64,000 nucleotides of DNA from Candidatus Eiseniibacteriota bacterium (GCA_963762255.1 CAVXKA010000001.1:1659984-1723983); one strand, 5' to 3'. Positions 18,865 through 27,438 are shown, counted from the stretch's first letter. The notes: generated by a model not told the origin, from the sequence alone. Made by a program: numbers and translations.

Positions 18865-20226
18865 CTATGACTGGGAAGGATTTTTCAATCCGTACACGCG
18901 GATCTTCTTGCGAAGGGTTGGCCGGGAGATCCCGAGGGTCTGGCAGGCGCGGCCCTGGTGCCAGCCAACCGCCTCCAGAACGTGTCGGATGTGCGCGGAC
19001 TCCACATCCTCGAGGCTGGCCATCGGGCCGGCCGCGGCGTCCACTTCCATACCCAGGCCGGAGTCCAGGCTGTGCTCGGGGAGCGCCAGAACCTCGCCCT
19101 TGCTGAGGACCACGGCGCGAGTGAGCACGTTCTCCAACTCGCGCACGTTGCCGCGCCAGTCGTAGCGGACGAGCTGCTCCAGCACCGTGCCGGGCACCTT
19201 GAAAACCTCGCGATGGACCTCCGCGTTGATCTTCTGGAGGAAGTGCTCGACAAGAAGCGGGATGTCTTCCTTGCGCTCCCGAAGCGGCGGCACGTGAACG
19301 GTGATGACCTTGAGCCGGTAGTACAGGTCCTCCCGGAACGCGCCCTGCGCGACCATGCCCTCCAGGTTGCGGTTGGTCGCGGCGATGACCCTTGCTTCCG
19401 TGCGCAGCACGTCGCGCCCCCCCACCCGCGTGAACTCGCGTTCCTGCAGGACGCGCAGGAGCTTGGTCTGGAGGTTGGCCGACATGTCCCCGATTTCGTC
19501 GAGGAAGATGGTGCCGTGCCCGGCCAGCTCGAACTTCCCCTGCTTGCGATACGTGGCGCCGGTGAACGCGCCCTTCTCGTGTCCGAACAGCTCGCTCTCG
19601 AGAAGGGTCTCCACGATCGCCGAGCAGTTGACGGAGACGAAGGGCTCCTGAGGGGTGGCGTTGCTGTGGACCGCCCGCGCGATCAACTCCTTCCCGGTGC
19701 CGCTCTCCCCGGTGATGAGCACGGTGGTGTTGCTGGCCGACACCACTCCGATGGTCTTGTAAACCTCCAGCATCGGTTTGCTCTTGCCAATGAGCACGTT
19801 GGCGCGGATCGGGACGTTCCGCTCGGCTTGGAGTCGGCTGATGGCGAGGGTCAGGCGGCGATTCTCGCGCGCCTTGTCGACGACGATCTCCAGCTCCCGC
19901 GGCTCGAAGGGCTTGTGAATGTAATCGAAGGCCCCTCGCTTGATCGCCGCCACCGTCGTGTCCATGTCGTCGTAGGCGGTGATCATCACCACGTACGCGT
20001 CGGGGTCCAGGTCGCGGATCTGTTTGAGGAGATCGAGGCCGGTCCCGTCGGGAAGGTGGACGTCGCAGATCACGAAAGCGGGGCGTGCCTCGCGGTACCG
20101 CTCGATGCCTTCCCGAAGAGATAGGGCGGTGTAAGTTTCGAAGCCACGGGCACGGAAGAACTTCGAGAGCATGCGCGTGAGGGCGACCTGGTCGTCGACG
20201 ATGAGGAGCCGCTCGGGGGCACTCAT
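18865..20226 (-). CDS. sigma54-dependent response regulator (NtrC family; REC-AAA+-Fis HTH)
   Basis: LIVDD REC, GESGTGKE, ESELFGHEKGAFTGA, FLDEIG, WRGNVREL, LGISRPTLRKK. Confidence 0.95.
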   Translation of the reverse strand: MSAPERLLIVDDQVALTRMLSKFFRARGFETYTALSLREGIERYREARPAFVICDVHLPDGTGLDLLKQIRDLDPDAYVVMITAYDDMDTTVAAIKRGAFDYIHKPFEPRELEIVVDKARENRRLTLAISRLQAERNVPIRANVLIGKSKPMLEVYKTIGVVSASNTTVLITGESGTGKELIARAVHSNATPQEPFVSVNCSAIVETLLESELFGHEKGAFTGATYRKQGKFELAGHGTIFLDEIGDMSANLQTKLLRVLQEREFTRVGGRDVLRTEARVIAATNRNLEGMVAQGAFREDLYYRLKVITVHVPPLRERKEDIPLLVEHFLQKINAEVHREVFKVPGTVLEQLVRYDWRGNVRELENVLTRAVVLSKGEVLALPEHSLDSGLGMEVDAAAGPMASLEDVESAHIRHVLEAVGWHQGRACQTLGISRPTLRKKIRVYGLKNPSQS

Positions 20227-21344
20227 GCCGGCACCCCCGGATGGTCGGGCAGGTCCAGCGTGACCACCGAGCCACGTCCGGGGACGGACTCGATGCGCAC
20301 CTCGCCGCCGTGGAGTTCCATCACCCGTCGCACCATGGTCAACCCCAGTCCGAGCTGGCTCTCGTTGGTGGTGAAGAAGGGTTCGAATACGCGATCCCGA
20401 AGATTGGGGGAGATCCCGCTCCCGTCGTCGTGGATCTCCACGAGCCAGCGCGTCTCCGCGGCCAACGGCTGACGCTTGATCACGATGTGCACGGCGCCGG
20501 GACGCTCCATCGACTCCGCGGAGTTCTGCACCACATGAGCGATCGCGCGGGCGAATTGGGCCCGGTCGAGCCGCAAGGTCGGTGGATCCGGCGGGAACTG
20601 TCGCTTCACCGCCACCGACTTGAGGCGGAGGATGGGTCGGGCCTCGTCAAGCCCCTGGTTGACCACCTCGGCCAGGTTGACCTCCTCGAACTCCGGCGCG
20701 GGCGGCAGCGCATAGGCCGCCAGAGAATCGAGGAAGAGCCTAATCCTGTGCATCTCCTGGCGAATCGTATCGATCTGCTTGGCACCCTCGTCGGCGGGGG
20801 GCACCAACTCCTCCAGGAAGTACAAGCTCATGTTGATCGATGCGAGGTGGTTGCGCACCCGATGGGCTACGTTGCGCGCGATGAGTCCCAGAGTTCCCGC
20901 CTTCTCCTCGGCGATAAGGCGCGCCTGCAAGGAGCGCTGCTCCGTGATGTCGCGGGCCACCGCCAGGATGAGGGGCGATTCGCCTGCGGGATCGCGCAGC
21001 ACGCTCGTCTCCAAGAAAGCGGGGAAGCTGGAGCCGTCCTTGCGGACGCACGTGACCTCACCCTGCCAGCCGCCCGCCAGCGAGCTGTCCAGAATCTCGC
21101 GGAACTGCTCCTCGCTGACCGTCCCCCCCCCCAAGACGTCCAGCCCGGCCCCTTCGATCTCCGCGCGGTCGCGCCCGATCCACTCCAGTGCCCGCCGGTT
21201 GATGTGTAGCACGCGCCCCTTGGTGTCGGTGACGGCAAGGCCGAGAGGGATGGCCTCCATAGCCCGAATGATGTCCGCGAGCGGGTCCGGCAGGCCTGAA
21301 TTGGGTCGAAGTTGAAGATGAAATTTGCTTTCCAAATTCGGCAA
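20223..21344 (-). CDS. PAS-domain sensor histidine kinase (atypical H-box)
   Basis: PAS (RKDGSSFP...RDITE), H-box AHRVRNHL, DDGSGI, FEPFFTT, LGLGL; stop overlaps the response regulator start; TTG start uncertain (21344 or 21335). Confidence 0.88.
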   Translation of the reverse strand: MPNLESKFHLQLRPNSGLPDPLADIIRAMEAIPLGLAVTDTKGRVLHINRRALEWIGRDRAEIEGAGLDVLGGGTVSEEQFREILDSSLAGGWQGEVTCVRKDGSSFPAFLETSVLRDPAGESPLILAVARDITEQRSLQARLIAEEKAGTLGLIARNVAHRVRNHLASINMSLYFLEELVPPADEGAKQIDTIRQEMHRIRLFLDSLAAYALPPAPEFEEVNLAEVVNQGLDEARPILRLKSVAVKRQFPPDPPTLRLDRAQFARAIAHVVQNSAESMERPGAVHIVIKRQPLAAETRWLVEIHDDGSGISPNLRDRVFEPFFTTNESQLGLGLTMVRRVMELHGGEVRIESVPGRGSVVTLDLPDHPGVPA

Positions 21345-21472
21345 GCTCCAACGTGGTGGGAGCGCCCTACAGCAACACTGTCAACATAAGCGATCAGACC
21401 GCAATTTTCAAGATAAGCAGGGGGCCGACGAGGGGGGCTGGACCCCAAGCGGGGGAGGAGGCGGGCAGGCGA

Positions 21473-21667
21473 TCAGGCCTGCGGTTGGTGACCCACCATC
21501 CGCGCCTTGGCCGGGGCATCTCCGAAGGCGGGGCACTCCGGGCGCAAGGGGCAGTCGCACGGCCCCCCCTCGATGGGGCACCCACCGACGACACGGTTGT
21601 CGTGGCGGCAATAGAACGAGGTATTGCCTCCGAGCGGTTCGTTCTTCCGGGTCCAGAAAACTCGCAT
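21473..21667 (-). CDS. small Cys-rich hypothetical protein (64 aa)
   Basis: RBS GGAGGG then AGC ATG; MRVFWTRKNEPLGGNTSFYCRHDNRVVGGCPIEGGPCDCPLRPECPAFGDAPAKARMVGHQPQA; sigma54 promoter directly upstream. Confidence 0.6.
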   Translation of the reverse strand: MRVFWTRKNEPLGGNTSFYCRHDNRVVGGCPIEGGPCDCPLRPECPAFGDAPAKARMVGHQPQA

Positions 21668-21718
21668 GCTCCCTCCGGTCGGGATCGGGCTGCTGACCGT
21701 GCTTCGCCCACAAACCCA

Positions 21719-21734
21719 TGCAACGCACGTGCCG
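21719..21734 (-). promoter_or_regulatory. putative sigma54 (-24/-12) promoter
   Basis: Minus strand CGGCACGTGCGTTGCA versus consensus TGGCACG-N4-TTGCW; GG-N10-GC spacing exact. Confidence 0.7.
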
Positions 21735-21961
21735 CTGTAATGAGAGCGTCGCCACGGAAAGGGAGGGGATCCACCGAATCGCGGAAGCTGTTGTCGCCCG
21801 TCGGATTGGCAGCTCGGAAGGAACATCGGCGAGGCGGCGGAGCCCGTGTCCCGGAATTGGAACTACCCGAGCGCCGGGCCCGCTGGTGGAAAATGCCCCA
21901 CCGGCACCGGCTGATTTCGTGCCTGTGCCGCTGGCGGCGGTGCGAGGGAGGAGAACTCCCT

Positions 21962-21989
21962 TCAAGTCCCCTCCTCTATCCGCCGATAT
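21962..21989 (+). promoter_or_regulatory. putative sigma28 (FliA/WhiG) promoter of mglA
   Basis: TCAA-N16-GCCGATAT, 73 nt upstream of the mglA ATG. Confidence 0.6.
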
Positions 21990-22062
21990 TCATACGTACG
22001 GGAAAACGCTTCCGGCCCGCCGGTCGCAGCAACACTCCAACGCAACGCAGGGGGTTCTTTCC

Positions 22063-23337
22063 ATGGTCGTCGTGTCGTATTCGGGGAAAGAGATCAACGC
22101 GAAGCTGGTCTATTACGGCCCGGGCTTGAGCGGAAAGACGACCAATCTCGAGTACATCTATCAGAGCGTTCCCACCAATAACCGCGGCAAGATGGTCTCG
22201 ATGAAGACCCGGACGGAGCGGACCCTCTTCTTCGATTTTCTCCCCGTCGACCTCGGCGAAATGGGTGGTTTCAAGACACGGTTCCTTCTGTACACCGTTC
22301 CCGGACAGGTCTACTACAACGCGACCCGCAAGCTCGTGCTGCGCGGCGTCGACGCCATCATCTTCGTTGCCGACTCGGCGCGCGGGAAGATGGACGAAAA
22401 CGTGGAGTCGCTGCAGAACCTGCAGGACAACCTCAAAGAGTACGGACTCAACGTCGAGGAGTTCCCGCTCGTCCTTCAGTACAACAAGCGGGACGTGGAC
22501 GACCCGTACACCATCGAGGAGATGGAGAGCGCGCTGAACCCGCGCGGAATGCCCTACTTCGAGGCTGTGGCGACGACGGGGAAGGGCGTCTTCGAGACGT
22601 TCCGAGGCATCTCCCAGGTTCTGCTCCAGAAGCTGAGCAAGGAAGTCCGGCTCGGCGAGACCCGCGCGACCCATTCCAAGCCGACCTCCAGACCGACCCC
22701 CGTGGCCGTCGCCAGGCCGGCTGTTCCGCCCCCCCTTGCGACGAGGAGCGCCGCTGCGCCCGTCGTTCCAGTGACAGACACGCCGCCGGCCCCCCGGGCG
22801 GCAGAGCCCCTTGCGCCGCCGCTCCCGTTGGTCGAGGAGCGCCTCGCGGTTGCCTCGGAGCCGATTCACTTCGAAGCTCCTCCCCCAGAGCCGGTCCGGG
22901 AGCCGGAGGCTCCGGTCGTGGAGGAGGTGCTGGTCGAGGCTGCCGAGCCTGCGAGCGAAGCTCCCGCGATCGAGCCCCTGACCCTCGCACCGGAGCGCGC
23001 GGCGGTCACGGAACCCCATCTCGTCGAGGTGGAGGCCGTGGTGTCGGCCCCATCCCTGGACACAGACGAGCATCGGGGCGGGTTCTGGAGCAAGTTCCGG
23101 CGCCACAAGGTGCAGCCGCCGGAGCCGGTGCCCGCGTCCGCCCCGAAAGCGGAGCTGGCCCCGGTCGAGATCCCTGCGGTGGGGGGCTCGGGGGACTTCG
23201 CCCCGGTCACCATCGAGCGACGCATCCAGGTGCCGATCACCCTCGGCCCGGACGAGGTCGTGCGCGGCGCCCGGCTTCGCCTCGTGCTCGAGATCAAGGT
23301 CGAGGCAGCCGCGGAGAAGCACTCCAAGGTTGCCTAG
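22063..23337 (+). CDS. mglA: MglA-family small GTPase with ~230-aa C-terminal extension
   Basis: EINAKLVYYGPGLSGKTTNL, ERTLFFDFLP, YTVPGQVYYNATRKLVLRGVD, QYNKRD; then a Pro/Ala/Glu-rich linker and a short beta-rich C-terminal segment. Confidence 0.88.
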   Translation: MVVVSYSGKEINAKLVYYGPGLSGKTTNLEYIYQSVPTNNRGKMVSMKTRTERTLFFDFLPVDLGEMGGFKTRFLLYTVPGQVYYNATRKLVLRGVDAIIFVADSARGKMDENVESLQNLQDNLKEYGLNVEEFPLVLQYNKRDVDDPYTIEEMESALNPRGMPYFEAVATTGKGVFETFRGISQVLLQKLSKEVRLGETRATHSKPTSRPTPVAVARPAVPPPLATRSAAAPVVPVTDTPPAPRAAEPLAPPLPLVEERLAVASEPIHFEAPPPEPVREPEAPVVEEVLVEAAEPASEAPAIEPLTLAPERAAVTEPHLVEVEAVVSAPSLDTDEHRGGFWSKFRRHKVQPPEPVPASAPKAELAPVEIPAVGGSGDFAPVTIERRIQVPITLGPDEVVRGARLRLVLEIKVEAAAEKHSKVA

Positions 23338-23368
23338 ATCTCGCAGATTATTCGGAACCGACCTTCCA

Positions 23369-23395
23369 CGGCGGGGACCCAGCGGGTCCCCGCCG
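23369..23395 (+). terminator. GC-rich hairpin after mglA (possible terminator, no U tract)
   Basis: CGGCGGGGACCC-AGC-GGGTCCCCGCCG, perfect 12-bp stem. Confidence 0.5.
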
Positions 23396-23435
23396 CTGTA
23401 TAAGGGCCCGAGGAGGCGATCGTGGCGCCGGTCGG

Positions 23436-23465
23436 TTGACTCGGCTTCGCTCTCTCCCTTACTCT
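23436..23465 (+). promoter_or_regulatory. putative sigma70 promoter
   Basis: TTGACT-N18-TACTCT upstream of the ATG at 23504. Confidence 0.4.
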
Positions 23466-23503
23466 CAAGCGCAACCACTTCTCGGCTTGGAGCGGAGATC
23501 ATC

Positions 23504-24061
23504 ATGATGCGTTCCGGCGGTTTCGGTTCTTCCCTGCGTGTTTCCCGCCTCGGTGCGGGTTGGATGAGCGTGATCGGGTGCCTCGCCGTGTTGGCCTTCG
23601 CAGTGGGCCCCGCTTCCGCCGGCGATACCGGGGCGGCCGTGCCGCCCGCGCTGCAGGGCTTCGCCAGCACGCCCTCGGCGGGTCTTCTCAACTCAGGGTT
23701 GATCGATCTCTCTCGCTTCGACGTTCGCCACAGCCTCAGCTACTCGATGTCCTCGGGAAGCGGCTACCGGTCGCAGTCGGCGGGTTTGTGGCAGAGCGAA
23801 CTCGGCTACCGCATCTCGGATCCTCTGCGCGTCTCGCTCAGCGTCGGCGCCACCATTACCCCCGGCGGCGAGTCGCTTTTCAACGAGAGAAGCGTGTTCC
23901 TGCAAGGGTTCAATCTGGACTACCGGCCGAGCAAGAATTTCATGCTCAACATCTCCTACATCAACATGCCTCCGGAAGCGGCTCAGGCGCTCGGCTATGG
24001 TGCTGCGCCGTACCGCTACTCCCGCCGGCCCTGGGATTCGCCGCTGGATCCCGACCGTTGA
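23504..24061 (+). CDS. exported hypothetical protein (beta-strand-rich)
   Basis: Signal-peptide-like N-terminus (..LAVLAFAVGPASA); alternating aromatic strands (HSLSYSMS, ELGYRISDPLRVSLSVG, FNLDYRPSKNFMLNISY); RBS GGAG. Confidence 0.65.
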   Translation: MMRSGGFGSSLRVSRLGAGWMSVIGCLAVLAFAVGPASAGDTGAAVPPALQGFASTPSAGLLNSGLIDLSRFDVRHSLSYSMSSGSGYRSQSAGLWQSELGYRISDPLRVSLSVGATITPGGESLFNERSVFLQGFNLDYRPSKNFMLNISYINMPPEAAQALGYGAAPYRYSRRPWDSPLDPDR

Positions 24062-25200
24062 GACTGCGCGGCTCCCCTCCTCCGTCCCTCAGTGCAACCG
24101 TCTCCACCCGCGATCTCAAGGACCGCGCCGAGGACACTGCGCGTCGCTTGCGCCAGGAGCCGGGACGCCTCGATCTGGCCATCGAGCTGGCCCAGACGCT
24201 CGAACGCCTCGGCGAATACCACGACGCGCTCCGAGTGCTCGAGCGCATGGCCGGACGCGGGGCCGCCACTCCCGAACTCGCGCGGCTGCGCGCGGAGTGC
24301 CTGCGCCGCGTGGGCAAGGCCGCCGATGCGGTGGCGCTTCTCGACGAAGCGCACGACATCCTGCGCGAGAGCGCTCCGGGTTGGATCACGCGCGCACGCT
24401 GTCTCGCCGACGCGGGCCGCTCCGAAGAATCGGTAGAGGCCGCGCGCGAGGCGACCCGACTCGAGCCGGAGAGCGCGGAGGCACAGTACGCGTTCGGTGT
24501 GGCGCTCGCGCGCGCGGGTCGCGCCCACGAGGCGGAGCAGGCCTATCACCGCGCGCTGCGCGTCGATCCCGATCTCGCCAAGGCGCACATCAACCTCGGC
24601 ATCCTCTACGACCAGCTTGGACGCAAAGAGGACGCGGTGGCCGCGCTGCGCAGGGCCACGGTGTGCGACCCCGACTGCGCGGCCGGGCACGCGAACCTCG
24701 GCGCGATCTACGGCGAACAGGGGCGGCGTGAAGAGGCCTATGCCGAACTCGAGCGCGCGCTCCAGATCGACCCGCGCGCGACCGAAGTGCTCTTCAACCT
24801 TGCGTTGCTCTATCTGGACGACGGCCGCCTCGAGGACGCGATGATCGCGCTCGAGGAAGCGCATCGCTTCGCACCGGAAGACGCGCGCATTCTCTACTAC
24901 TCGGGCGTGCTCGCGCTGCGGCAGGGGCGCTACGCCGAGACCGCGGAGATCTTCGCCGAGTACACCAAGCTCATGCCCGACGACGCTCGCGGCCACTACC
25001 ACCTGGGTGTGGGGCGCCTGCGGCTCGGCAGCCTCAGCGACGCCGTGCGCAGCCTGCAGCGCGCGGTGACGATCGATCCAGCCCACCAGCGCGCGCACTA
25101 TTACCTCGGCGTCGTCCTGGATCGCCAGGGACTGAAGCACGAGGCCCGTCGCGCCTATCAGGCCGCCGATCGTCTGGATCGCGGCTCCTCGCTGGAATAG
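24058..25200 (+). CDS. tetratricopeptide repeat protein
   Basis: Repeated TPRs (DPDLAKAHINLG, PDDARGHYHLG, DPAHQRAHYYLG); TTG start overlapping the previous stop is inferred. Confidence 0.82.
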   Translation: MRLRGSPPPSLSATVSTRDLKDRAEDTARRLRQEPGRLDLAIELAQTLERLGEYHDALRVLERMAGRGAATPELARLRAECLRRVGKAADAVALLDEAHDILRESAPGWITRARCLADAGRSEESVEAAREATRLEPESAEAQYAFGVALARAGRAHEAEQAYHRALRVDPDLAKAHINLGILYDQLGRKEDAVAALRRATVCDPDCAAGHANLGAIYGEQGRREEAYAELERALQIDPRATEVLFNLALLYLDDGRLEDAMIALEEAHRFAPEDARILYYSGVLALRQGRYAETAEIFAEYTKLMPDDARGHYHLGVGRLRLGSLSDAVRSLQRAVTIDPAHQRAHYYLGVVLDRQGLKHEARRAYQAADRLDRGSSLE

Positions 25201-25205
25201 CGCGC

Positions 25206-26003
25206 GTGACACCCTTCGACGCGCTGTGGCTGGGACTCGTCCAGGGACTCACCGAGTTCCTGCCGGTGTCCTCCTCCGGGCATCTCGTTCTCGCGGGACG
25301 CCTGCTCCACCTGACCATGAACGGCGTGGCGTTCGAGATCTGGCTCCACGTGGCCACGCTGAGCGCGGTGGTGGCGGCCCTGTGGCGCGACATCGCCGGC
25401 ATCGTGCGCGGCGTTCTTCCCGGCGCACCGCGGGAGGCCAAGCGCTCGGCATGGGTGTTCGTGGGTGCCATCTTCGTGGGCACGCTTCCCGCGGTGGCGG
25501 TCGGACTCTTCGCCAAGGACGCGGTGGAGGCGGCGTTTTCCAGCGTGCGGCTGGTGGGGATCGATCTTCTCATCACCGCGGTGATCCTGAGTCTCTCGCG
25601 GTTGCGGCGGCCGGGCGATGCGCCGCTCACGCTCAAGCGCGGGTTCCTGATCGGCGTGGCGCAGGCGATAGCCATTCTTCCTGGGGTGAGCCGCTCCGGC
25701 TCCACCCTCGCCGCGGGTTCGCTGCTCGGCCTGCGCGGGGCTGACGCCGCACGCTTCTCGTTCCTTCTTTCTGTCCCCGCCATCCTCGGCGCCGTGGTGC
25801 TGGACGCGCACGAGCTGAGCGCGCTCGGGCAGAACGAGCCTCTGGCGCTAGCCATCGGGTTTATCGCCGCAGCGGTGAGCGGCTACCTCGCGATCCGAAT
25901 CGTGTGGCGGGTCATGGAGCGGGGACGCCTCGCCGTGTTCGCCCCCTATTGCGCGATCGTGGGGATCATCGCCATCCTGATCGGCGGCACCGTTCCCCGC
26001 TGA
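25206..26003 (+). CDS. uppP: undecaprenyl-diphosphate phosphatase
   Basis: LGLVQGLTEFLPVSSSGHL, AILPGVSRSGST, AARFSFLLSVPAILGA. Confidence 0.95.
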   Translation: MTPFDALWLGLVQGLTEFLPVSSSGHLVLAGRLLHLTMNGVAFEIWLHVATLSAVVAALWRDIAGIVRGVLPGAPREAKRSAWVFVGAIFVGTLPAVAVGLFAKDAVEAAFSSVRLVGIDLLITAVILSLSRLRRPGDAPLTLKRGFLIGVAQAIAILPGVSRSGSTLAAGSLLGLRGADAARFSFLLSVPAILGAVVLDAHELSALGQNEPLALAIGFIAAAVSGYLAIRIVWRVMERGRLAVFAPYCAIVGIIAILIGGTVPR

Positions 26004-26026
26004 GCGATTCGCGATCGGAGCCCGGC

Positions 26027-26884
26027 ATGACTTCCTCGCTGATTCTGGGTTGCGGCTACCTGGGCGCGCGGCTCGCCCGAGTCTTGATCGCGCGAGGCCA
26101 CGAGGTGGTGGGCACGACGAGGAGCGGCGTCCCGCGTCCGGTTGACGCGAGCGGCGGTGCGACGCCCGCACGCTGGGATAGCGCCGCTCCCGACGCCGAG
26201 CCCACGCTCGAAGCGCTCGCCCGCAACGCGGCGTGGGTGTTCTTCACCGCGGCGCCCTCGGCGGGTGCGAGCTACGAGAGCGTCTACCGCGCCGCCGCGC
26301 TGCACATGGCCGCAGTGATGCCGCGCACCGCGGTGCGGGCGGTCGTGATGATCTCGAGCACGTCGGTGTATGGTGTGGCCGACGGATCGTGGATCGATGA
26401 GGACACGCCGGCCGAGCCGACGCGCGGTGGTGGCGCGATCCTTCTGGCGGCCGAGCGGACACTGCTTGAAGTTGCCGGTCTTCCCGCGCGCATCGTGCGC
26501 GCCGCGGGCATCTACGGGCCGGGGCGGGCGCCGTTGTCGCGTGTGCGTGAGGGCGCGCCTGTCTCCGGCTCCGGCGCGACGCGGGTGAACCTCATCCACG
26601 TGGAAGACCTGGCGACCATCGCGGTCGCCGCGGCGGAACGCGGCGTGGACGGGCGCATCTACCTTGCCGCCGACGGCGCACCGGTGCGGCGCGCGGACTA
26701 CTACGCGGAGGCGGCGTGTTTGATCGAGGCGCCCGAGCCCCTCTTCGCCTGCGGCGACGCGGGGCCGCATGCCGAGGGGTTGGGCAAGCGTGTCAGCTCG
26801 CGGCGCACGCTCGAGGAGCTGGGGGTGACGCTGCGATATCCTGACTACCGGGCGGGGTTGCGCGCGTCGCTGCCGGGCGAGTAG
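26027..26884 (+). CDS. NAD-dependent epimerase/dehydratase (atypical SDR, YeeZ-like)
   Basis: LILGCGYLG, ISSTSVYG, WIDED, GIYGPGR, NLIHVEDLA, LRYPDYRAGL. Confidence 0.85.
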   Translation: MTSSLILGCGYLGARLARVLIARGHEVVGTTRSGVPRPVDASGGATPARWDSAAPDAEPTLEALARNAAWVFFTAAPSAGASYESVYRAAALHMAAVMPRTAVRAVVMISSTSVYGVADGSWIDEDTPAEPTRGGGAILLAAERTLLEVAGLPARIVRAAGIYGPGRAPLSRVREGAPVSGSGATRVNLIHVEDLATIAVAAAERGVDGRIYLAADGAPVRRADYYAEAACLIEAPEPLFACGDAGPHAEGLGKRVSSRRTLEELGVTLRYPDYRAGLRASLPGE

Positions 26885-26894
26885 TCGCTGCGCT

Positions 26895-27000
26895 TCGTGT
26901 GCCGCTTAGCGCGATGTCGCCGTGCGTGCTCGCGAACGGGTCCCGCTAAAGCGCCCGTCCGCTGCGCGCGCACGGCGAACCTCGCGCTCGCGGCACTCGA
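26895..27000. repeat. ~106-nt imperfect inverted repeat (long hairpin)
   Basis: tcgtgtgccgc/gcggcactcga, agcgcga/tcgcgct, tcgccgtgcg/cgcacggcga, gcgaacggg/cccgtccgc pair in nested order. Confidence 0.75.
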
Positions 27001-27186
27001 TCCCGCTCACCACCGGCCGACCCGCGAACACGCTACGCGCCGCGCGCATGACGGCGCCAGTTCACCCCATCGAGCGTCGCGTTGCGCCCGCCGCGCCTCA
27101 GAGGCCCTTCGTCGTTCGCGGGGCGATCCGGCTGCGCCGCGCCCGCGCACCCATCAGTCCACCCGGCTGGACTCGTGCGATGCGTG

Positions 27187-27263
27187 ATGATCACCCGGGT
27201 GATCATTGGCGCACTCGCGCGGCCACCCGGGTGAGCGCGGCCGACGGGCGACCCACCCGGGTG
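27187..27263. repeat. palindrome ATGATCACCCGGGTGATCAT plus two further CACCCGGGTG cores
   Basis: Perfect 20-bp palindrome 27187-27206; cores at 27192, 27224 and 27254. Confidence 0.8.
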
Positions 27264-27363
27264 CCGGCGCGCCACCGCCCGCTCCGCTCTCGCTATCGGA
27301 CCGGCCCCCGGTTAGCTAGAATGCGGGGGTCTTGCGGCGTCCGGCCATGAGGAGGGGGTTTCC

Positions 27364-27438
27364 GTGAAGGCTGAATTCCTGCTCGCGGAGCGCTTAGCGG
27401 CGGCGGTCATCCGCCGCGCACGCCGGGCTGCACGGTGA
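27364..27438 (+). CDS. 24-aa leader ORF coupled to the downstream kinase
   Basis: Strong RBS GAGGAGG 8 nt before GTG; MKAEFLLAERLAAAVIRRARRAAR; its TGA overlaps the kinase GTG (GTGA). Confidence 0.45.
   Translation: MKAEFLLAERLAAAVIRRARRAAR

Noticed and set aside
21718-22062. 115-aa N-terminal extension of MglA in the ORF track
   Set aside because: MglA homology starts at the ATG at 22063, and the upstream stretch contains promoter-like elements
26895-27263. Identification of the hairpin/palindrome region as SRP RNA, 6S RNA, parS or a CRISPR array
   Set aside because: No SRP loop motif, hairpin too short for 6S, sequence differs from parS (TGTTTCACGTGAAACA), repeats only 10 bp and no cas genes
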